From Oscillospiraceae bacterium (GTDB lineage: Bacteria; Bacillota; Clostridia; Oscillospirales; Oscillospiraceae): a DNA stretch of 20,339 nt. Each line of letters begins with the position of its first letter. Positions within the stretch are counted from its first letter, which is position 1. Positions 14,780-20,339 of this stretch are shown piece by piece. Location: NCBI GenBank assembly GCA_017861365.1, contig JAGFXR010000020.1, positions 1 to 20,339 of the forward strand, read 5' to 3'. Below the pieces are notes generated by a model. The model was not told the DNA's origin and ran no database searches. It saw only the letters and a list, made by a program, of their open reading frames with translations. The position numbers and the translations under genes were made by a program.

Positions 14780-15538
14780 ATGTCGTTACAGAAAATCTGC
14801 GAAATCATCGCGGCGGAACCGTTAACTCCCCACGCATACTCCATCACGCTGGAGGCGGGGCGTATCGCTGAGGAGGCCCGGGCGGGACAGTTCGTGCATA
14901 TCCGATGCGGAGACGGCCTGCTGCTCCGGCGTCCCATTTCCATCTGTGATGTGAATGGGAGTCGCCTGCGGATCGTGTTTGAGGTGAGAGGGGAAGGAAC
15001 CCGGTGGCTGGCTCTCCGCGGGGCGGGCGAGGCGCTGGATGTACTCGGACCTCTAGGGCATGGCTTTGACCTGACAGGGGAAAAGCTGTTGCTGGTGGGC
15101 GGGGGAATCGGTGTTCCCCCCATGCTCCACACCGCAAACTGTTCTGGCGGAGAGGTGCACGCGGCGCTGGGCTTTCGCTCCGCCGACCGGGCGATGCTGA
15201 TCTCAGAATTTCAGCAGGCGGCGAAAACCGTGGCGGTTGCCAGTGACGACGGCAGTATCGGGGTTCATGGTTATGTAGATGGGTTGGTGCGGGAGGCGGC
15301 AGCACGGGAGAACGGGTTCTCCGCCATTTTGGCCTGCGGCCCAAAGCCCATGCTGCGGTCTGTGGCAGCGGTTGCGGCGGAGCTTCAAATTCCCTGTCAG
15401 GTGTCCATGGAGGAGCGGATGGGCTGCGGTGTAGGCGCTTGTCTGGTGTGTGCCTGCAAAACCGCCGACGGGCATTATCGGCATGCTTGCAAGGACGGTC
15501 CGGTGTTCCGTGCGGAGGAGGTGTGCTGGGATGATTGA
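14780..15538 (+). CDS. pyrK: Dihydroorotate dehydrogenase electron-transfer subunit
   Basis: The RBS is AAGGAG with a 7-nt spacer. An FAD/NAD-binding fold is followed by C-terminal Cys ligands (CGVGACLVCAC...C) for a 2Fe-2S cluster. Confidence 0.9.
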   Translation: MSLQKICEIIAAEPLTPHAYSITLEAGRIAEEARAGQFVHIRCGDGLLLRRPISICDVNGSRLRIVFEVRGEGTRWLALRGAGEALDVLGPLGHGFDLTGEKLLLVGGGIGVPPMLHTANCSGGEVHAALGFRSADRAMLISEFQQAAKTVAVASDDGSIGVHGYVDGLVREAAARENGFSAILACGPKPMLRSVAAVAAELQIPCQVSMEERMGCGVGACLVCACKTADGHYRHACKDGPVFRAEEVCWDD

Positions 15539-16442
15539 TCAATCGGTTTGTCTGGCGGGGGTGACCTTGAAAAATCCCATTGTGGCGGCTTCGGGCACCT
15601 TCGGATTCGGACGGGAATACGGGACATTTTATGATCTGAGCGAGCTGGGAGCCATCTGTGTGAAGGGACTGACGCCCCGGCGGAGGGAAGGCAACCCGCC
15701 GCCCCGCATCGCGGAGACCCCGATGGGGATTATCAATTCCGTGGGGTTGCAGAATCCCGGGGTGGACGCCTTTATCGCGGCGGAGCTTCCGGAGCTGCGC
15801 CGGCATGATGTGAAAATCATTGCCAATATTTCCGGTGATACGCCTGAGGAGTACGGGGAGATGTGCGAGAAGCTTTCCGCCGCCGGGGTTGACCTGGTGG
15901 AGGTCAATATCTCCTGTCCCAATGTTAAGGCGGGCGGACTGGCTTACGGCACCAAGCCGGAGCTGGCGGCGGAGGTAACCGCGCTGGCCAAGCGCCATTC
16001 CACAGTTCCCGTGATGGTCAAGCTCTCGCCCAATGTGACGGATATTACGGAAATTGCCAAGGCGGTGGCGGAGGCGGGAGCGGATGCGCTTTCGCTCATT
16101 AATACTCTGCGTGGAATGCGGATTGATGTGAATACCCGCCGCCCAATTCTGCGCCAGAATACCGGCGGCTTATCCGGCCCCGCCGTTCTGCCCGTGGCAG
16201 TCCGGATGGTGTGGGAGGTGGCCTGCGCGGTGAAGCTGCCGATTTTGGGTATGGGCGGCGTATCCTGCGGTTCCGATGCGGTCCAGCTGATGTTGGCGGG
16301 GGCGTCGGCCGTGGCGGTGGGAACCGCCTGCTTTACCGATCCCTACGCGCCTGTGAAGGTGCGGGATGAGTTAACACAAATCGCGCAGAGCCAGGGGCAT
16401 GGGCGGGTCGCGGAGCTGACCGGCGGGGTTTTGCCCTGGTAA
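15531..16442 (+). CDS. pyrD: Dihydroorotate dehydrogenase 1B catalytic subunit
   Basis: MIDQSVCLAGVTLKNPIVAASGTFGFG is a class-1 DHODH N-terminus. The ATG overlaps the pyrK stop (ATGATTGA). The ORF-track start at 15450 is an extension. Confidence 0.9.
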   Translation: MIDQSVCLAGVTLKNPIVAASGTFGFGREYGTFYDLSELGAICVKGLTPRRREGNPPPRIAETPMGIINSVGLQNPGVDAFIAAELPELRRHDVKIIANISGDTPEEYGEMCEKLSAAGVDLVEVNISCPNVKAGGLAYGTKPELAAEVTALAKRHSTVPVMVKLSPNVTDITEIAKAVAEAGADALSLINTLRGMRIDVNTRRPILRQNTGGLSGPAVLPVAVRMVWEVACAVKLPILGMGGVSCGSDAVQLMLAGASAVAVGTACFTDPYAPVKVRDELTQIAQSQGHGRVAELTGGVLPW

Positions 16443-16464
16443 CGATATATGGAAAAGAGTAACA

Positions 16465-17610
16465 ATGATGACTCGAATTTATCTCATACGTCACGCCGAA
16501 GCCGAGGGAAACCTTTATCGGCGTGTTCATGGCTGGTATGACAGCCTGATTACAGAAAACGGACACCTTCAGATCAAGGCTCTGGAGGAGCGCTTTGCGG
16601 ACGTTCCACTGGATGCGGTGTACTCCAGCGACCTGTTCCGGGCCAAGACCACCGCAAACGCGCTCTGCGCCGCAAAAGGTCTGAAGCTCCGTATCCGCTC
16701 TGATTTAAGAGAGGTGAACATGGGCGAATGGGAGGACAACACCTGGGCCGGTGTCAATCAGGTACATCCTGAGCTGCTTACTCTGTTCAATCATAACTCA
16801 TCCCGGTGGCAGGTGGAGGGAGGCGAAACCCTGACCCAGTTGCGTGACCGCGTTTCCAACGCAATTTTGGAGATCGCGGCGGATCATGACGGGGAAACGG
16901 TGGCCGTGGTTTCCCACGGTATGGCCATCCGAAACGTCCTTGCGAAATTTTTGGGACAGCCCGTGGATGAAACCGAGATACTCCACGGGGATAATACCTG
17001 CGTGGCGCTATTGGAAATTGAAGGGGAACGCGTGGGGATTGCGTTTCATAACGATAATTCTCATCTGGGTGAGCTTTCCACGTTCAAAAGGCAATCCTTT
17101 TGGAAGAAGGGCGGCGGAGCCCTCTCCGACGCCAGCCTCTGGTTCCGGCCTCTGGATTTTCAGGATTATGGGAAGTTGTATTATGAGGCACGCAAGGAGG
17201 CTTGGAGTTCCATTCACGGAAGCCTGAAGGGTTTTGACGGCGAAGGCTTTTACCACGATGCCGTGGCGCAGACCGACCGCGATGCCAGGGCTGTGATGCT
17301 GGCTATGCTGGGAGATCAGCCTGCCGGAATGATTCAGCTGGATTTTTGGCGAGATGTGGATCAGAAGGTGGGCGGAATCCCCTTTTATTACATGATGCCG
17401 GAAACGCGGGAGAAGGGCATCGGTGTGCAGTTATTGGGTGAAGCGATTTCACTTTACAGAAAAATGGGACGGGAGAAGCTCCGCCTGCGCTGCGCGCCCG
17501 ATAATGACCGTGCCCAGAGATTTTATAAACGGTACGGATTTGTCAAAATCGCCGAGGAGCAGGGCAGCCGCATTCCTCTGGATGTATTGGAGAAGAAGAT
17601 TGGGTACTGA
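16465..17610 (+). CDS. Fusion protein: N-terminal histidine phosphatase (phosphoglycerate-mutase-like) joined to a C-terminal GNAT N-acetyltransferase
   Basis: The phosphatase part has the RHG-type motif LIRHAEAEGN and a second catalytic His in VVSHGMAIRN. The C-terminal 150 aa carry the GNAT acetyl-CoA motif REKGIGVQLLGEAISLYRKMG...RFYKRYGF. Confidence 0.75.
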   Translation: MMTRIYLIRHAEAEGNLYRRVHGWYDSLITENGHLQIKALEERFADVPLDAVYSSDLFRAKTTANALCAAKGLKLRIRSDLREVNMGEWEDNTWAGVNQVHPELLTLFNHNSSRWQVEGGETLTQLRDRVSNAILEIAADHDGETVAVVSHGMAIRNVLAKFLGQPVDETEILHGDNTCVALLEIEGERVGIAFHNDNSHLGELSTFKRQSFWKKGGGALSDASLWFRPLDFQDYGKLYYEARKEAWSSIHGSLKGFDGEGFYHDAVAQTDRDARAVMLAMLGDQPAGMIQLDFWRDVDQKVGGIPFYYMMPETREKGIGVQLLGEAISLYRKMGREKLRLRCAPDNDRAQRFYKRYGFVKIAEEQGSRIPLDVLEKKIGY

Positions 17611-17614
17611 TTTT

Positions 17615-19552
17615 TTGCCCGTTTCAAAAGCGGATATGAAAAAGCGGGGCTGGGATGAGTATGATTTCCTGCTCATCACCGGGGATGCCTATGTGGATCA
17701 TCCTTCTTTCGGAACCGCCATCATCGGACGGGTTCTGGAGGCGGAGGGGTACCGGGTTGCTGTGATGCCCCAGCCGGACTGGAAGAAGGCCTCCGCGTTC
17801 GCGGCACTGGGACGTCCCCGTTTGGGGGTTTTGGTGAACGCAGGCAATCTGGATTCCATGGTTGCCCATTATACGGTAGCAAAAAAGCGGCGTGGAGAAG
17901 ATGCCTATTCGCCGGGCGGACGGGCTGGCCTGCGTCCCGATCACGCGGTGACGGTGTACGGTAACCGGGTGCGGGAGGCCTTTGGAGGGATTCCGCTGAT
18001 CATTGGCGGACTGGAGGCATCCCTGCGCCGGTTTGCTCATTATGATTACTGGGACGACAAGGTACGCCGCTCCGTCCTGTTTGATGCTCAGGCGGATTTG
18101 CTTATTTACGGAATGGGCGAGTATGCCGTCCGGGAAATTGCTTCGCGGCTGCGGGCGGGGACTCCGGTTTCTGAAATCAGGGATGTGCGGGGAACCTGTT
18201 TTGCGGCAAAGGACGCGGGGGAGAGCGCCTATCCCATGGTGGAATGCCCTTCCTTTGAGGAGGTGTCCTCCGATTTGCGGGCTTACGCAAGGGCAAATAT
18301 GCTTCAATATGACGAGCATGACCCTGTCCGCGGAAAGGCGGTGCTCCAGCGTCACGGGAACCGGTTTCTGATTGTCAATCCTCCCGCCATGCCTTTGTCC
18401 ACAGAGGAACTGGATGTTGTGGCGGAGCTGCCTTATGTGAGGGAGCCCCACCCCATGTACGATGCACTGGGCGGTGTTCCCGGAATCGAGGAGGTTCGCT
18501 TTTCGGTGACGCATAACCGGGGGTGCTTTGGCGCGTGTAATTTTTGCTCACTTGCGTTCCATCAGGGACGCATCGTCACGTCCCGCAGCCATGAGAGTGT
18601 GCTCAGGGAGGCCACCTCTCTGACCGGACACCCAGGATTTAAGGGCTATATTCACGATGTGGGCGGGCCAACCGCAAACTTTCGCCGCCCGGCCTGCAAA
18701 AAGCAGATGAAGGCCGGACTGTGCAGAGACCGGGCCTGCCTGTCGCCGGAGGCGTGCCCCAATTTGGAGTGTGACCATACGGATTTCCTCATGCTTCTGC
18801 GGAAGCTCAGAGCCATTCCGCGCGTGAAAAAGGTATTTATCCGCTCTGGAATTCGTTTTGATTTTATGATGCGCGATCCAAACGGCGAGTTTTTCGCGGA
18901 GCTGGTGCAGCATCATATCAGCGGGCAGCTCAAGGTTGCCCCGGAACACTGCGCGGATGGTGTGCTGGACTACATGGGCAAGCCGCATCATGCAATCTAC
19001 GAGAAATTTCGGCAGAAATATGAGCGGCTCAATCAAAAATACGGGAAGAATCAGTTTTTGGTGCCCTATTTAATGTCTTCCCACCCCGGCTGCACCATCG
19101 GCGACGCCGTGAAGCTGGCGGAGTGGCTGAATCAGACGGGAAGGCAGCCGGAGCAGGTGCAGGATTTCTATCCCACACCGGGAACCCTCTCCACCTGCAT
19201 GTATTATACCGGATTGGATCCCCGCACTATGAGGCCGGTTTATGTTCCGAAGGATCCCCAGGAGAAAGCCATGCAGCGTGCTTTGCTGCAATGGAAGCGG
19301 CCGGAAAAGCGCCGTCTGGTGCAGGAAGCGCTGCGAATGGCTCATCGGGAGGATTTGATTGGGTTTCAGAAGCGGTGCCTCATCCGCCCTGAGCATCAGA
19401 GCAGTTGGAAGCCGGTCGGGGGCGGAACCGGGAAAAACAATGGCAAAACGGCGGGCAAAAACACCCGGCAGACCGGGAGTGAAGCGCGAAAGCCGGCACA
19501 GGGCGCAAACCGCCGTGGAAAGAAAGCATCCGCGAAGAAAACATCCCGCTGA
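17615..19552 (+). CDS. ygiQ: YgiQ-family (UPF0313) radical SAM protein
   Basis: FLPVSKADMKKRGWDEYDFLLITGDAYVDHPSFGTAIIGR closely resembles the YgiQ N-terminus, and a radical-SAM core follows. A TTG start is placed at 17615 just after the upstream stop; an alternative ATG lies at 17636. The track start at 17423 overlaps the previous gene. The C-terminal tail is basic, Lys/Arg-rich. Confidence 0.8.
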   Translation: MPVSKADMKKRGWDEYDFLLITGDAYVDHPSFGTAIIGRVLEAEGYRVAVMPQPDWKKASAFAALGRPRLGVLVNAGNLDSMVAHYTVAKKRRGEDAYSPGGRAGLRPDHAVTVYGNRVREAFGGIPLIIGGLEASLRRFAHYDYWDDKVRRSVLFDAQADLLIYGMGEYAVREIASRLRAGTPVSEIRDVRGTCFAAKDAGESAYPMVECPSFEEVSSDLRAYARANMLQYDEHDPVRGKAVLQRHGNRFLIVNPPAMPLSTEELDVVAELPYVREPHPMYDALGGVPGIEEVRFSVTHNRGCFGACNFCSLAFHQGRIVTSRSHESVLREATSLTGHPGFKGYIHDVGGPTANFRRPACKKQMKAGLCRDRACLSPEACPNLECDHTDFLMLLRKLRAIPRVKKVFIRSGIRFDFMMRDPNGEFFAELVQHHISGQLKVAPEHCADGVLDYMGKPHHAIYEKFRQKYERLNQKYGKNQFLVPYLMSSHPGCTIGDAVKLAEWLNQTGRQPEQVQDFYPTPGTLSTCMYYTGLDPRTMRPVYVPKDPQEKAMQRALLQWKRPEKRRLVQEALRMAHREDLIGFQKRCLIRPEHQSSWKPVGGGTGKNNGKTAGKNTRQTGSEARKPAQGANRRGKKASAKKTSR

Positions 19553-19622
19553 AGCATGCTGCGCTGTATGAAATATGCGCAAAAAACCGAGGAAACATCT
19601 GTCCCGCCGGATGTCGTGCCCC

Positions 19623-19651
19623 TTGCAATTATGCTGCAAGGGGCGTATAAT
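19623..19651 (+). promoter_or_regulatory. Consensus sigma-A promoter overlapped by a 9-bp inverted repeat
   Basis: TTGCAA (19623-19628), a 17-nt spacer, then TATAAT (19646-19651). The inverted repeat CCCCTTGCA (19619-19627) and TGCAAGGGG (19635-19643) spans the -35 element and spacer. Confidence 0.55.
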
Positions 19652-19692
19652 AAAATTATTCATCTACTTTTAAAGGTTTGGAGGCGGGAGTC

Positions 19693-20172
19693 GTGTTTCA
19701 GATTGGGGATAAAATTGTGCATCCTATGCATGGGGCTGGAGTGATTGACGCCATTGTTCGGAAAAAAGTAAGTGGAGTTACACGAGATTACTACATCCTT
19801 AAGCTGCCGATCGGCAGTATGATGGTGATGATTCCCACTGAAAACTGCGACGAAATCGGAGTCCGTCCGATCATGGACAAGATTGCCTCGGATCATGTGA
19901 TTGCGCTGATCTGCACGATTGAGGTGGACAAAACCGCCAGTTGGAACCGCCGTTATCGAGAAAATATGCTGCGGCTGAAAAGCGGGGACGTGATAGAGGT
20001 TGCCCGTGTTGTCAAAAGCCTGATGCTGCGGGAGGGCGACCGGGGGCTTTCCACCGGGGAGCGAAAAATGCTTCACTCCGCAAAGCAGATTTTACTTTCG
20101 GAGTTGGTGCTTTCACAAAATTCCAGCTATGAAGAGATGGAATTGCGCATAAATCAGGAAATGGCGCAATAG
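19693..20172 (+). CDS. CarD/CdnL-family RNA-polymerase-binding transcription regulator
   Basis: The GTG start follows GGAGG with an 8-nt spacer. (M)FQIGDKIVHPMHGAGVI...ILKLPIGSMMVMIPTEN matches the CarD_CdnL N-terminal Tudor-like domain. Confidence 0.8.
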   Translation: MFQIGDKIVHPMHGAGVIDAIVRKKVSGVTRDYYILKLPIGSMMVMIPTENCDEIGVRPIMDKIASDHVIALICTIEVDKTASWNRRYRENMLRLKSGDVIEVARVVKSLMLREGDRGLSTGERKMLHSAKQILLSELVLSQNSSYEEMELRINQEMAQ

Positions 20173-20213
20173 AATGAGATACCGAGAAGTCGAGACGGTG
20201 CCGTTGTATGCTT

Positions 20214-20237
20214 AAAGAGCCAGCAGGCTCTTTTTTT
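20214..20237 (+). terminator. Rho-independent terminator
   Basis: The stem is AAAGAGCC / GGCTCTTT with the loop AGCA, followed by a T-run of 7. Confidence 0.6.
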
Positions 20238-20253
20238 GTAGAGAGGTGTCCTT

Positions 20254-20339
20254 GTGACTGATTTTTTAAGGCGGATATTCAGGCGGCGCAGACACGAGGA
20301 AAAGCCGCCCTTCTGTACCGTGATTGTGGCGGCGGCCGG
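20254..20339 (+). CDS. ispD: 2-C-methyl-D-erythritol 4-phosphate cytidylyltransferase. N-terminus only; the gene runs off the window end.
   Basis: The GTG start follows GAGGTG. The product ...KPPFCTVIVAAAG matches the IspD N-terminal VIVAAG nucleotide-binding motif. Confidence 0.5.
   Translation, partial: MTDFLRRIFRRRRHEEKPPFCTVIVAAA

Noticed and set aside
14844-15998. A 384-aa ORF on the minus strand, antisense to pyrK and pyrD
   Set aside because: Its Pro/Arg/Gly-rich composition is typical of antisense frames in high-GC genes, and there is no SD. The sense strand encodes well-conserved PyrK and PyrD.
17423-17614. An upstream extension of the YgiQ ORF (track start 17423) overlapping the GNAT domain gene
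   Set aside because: The extension reads through the well-conserved C-terminus of the preceding gene in another frame. YgiQ homologues begin near the FLP...GWDE motif, so the start was placed at TTG 17615 or ATG 17636.
1-20339. CRISPR arrays, tRNA/rRNA genes, IS elements or an integrase
   Set aside because: There are no regularly spaced direct repeats, no cloverleaf-compatible tRNA-like sequences in the intergenic regions, and no transposase- or recombinase-like ORFs. All large ORFs are accounted for by the genes listed.

Overview
This 20.3-kb window is chromosomal and looks like a high-GC Firmicutes (Clostridia-like) genome: GC is about 55-60%, Shine-Dalgarno sites are strong AGGAGG-type, and several genes use TTG or GTG starts. 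Gene order, left to right:

(1) Two overlapping minus-strand genes for an asymmetric heterodimeric ABC exporter of the BmrCD/LmrCD/TM287-288 type, with one degenerate ATP site.
(2) A PaaI-type hotdog thioesterase on the minus strand with its own intrinsic terminator.
(3) A divergent promoter region containing two perfect odd-centred palindromes, followed by a plus-strand operon of a DUF1836-like protein with a MerR-like HTH, an NfeD-like protein and a FloT-type flotillin. The first two genes are translationally coupled by an ATGA overlap.
(4) Tandem hairpins between the convergent flotillin and feoB genes.
(5) A minus-strand feoA-feoB ferrous iron transporter with a hairpin/T-tract element between the two genes.
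(6) A roughly 500-bp AT-rich, purine-skewed intergenic island containing three direct TATCACC/GGTGATA repeats.
(7) A divergently transcribed orphan motA-motB stator pair. MotB carries a long Ser/Asp/Gly-rich linker.
(8) A bidirectional terminator.
(9) A 56-aa small membrane-protein ORF absent from the supplied ORF track, with a strong RBS and a YtxH/DUF948-like N-terminus.
(10) A near-consensus sigma-A promoter driving pyrC-pyrF-pyrK-pyrD, the last two overlapping (ATGATTGA).
(11) A histidine-phosphatase::GNAT acetyltransferase fusion protein.
(12) A YgiQ-family (UPF0313) radical SAM protein.
(13) A consensus promoter overlapped by a 9-bp inverted repeat, driving a CarD/CdnL-family regulator.
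(14) A terminator, then the start of ispD.

No CRISPR array, tRNA, rRNA or obvious mobile element is visible. The most interesting candidates are the DUF1836-NfeD-flotillin module, the lower-GC feoAB/motAB island with its repeat-bearing shared control region, the missed small ORF, and the phosphatase::GNAT fusion embedded in a pyrimidine/radical-SAM operon.
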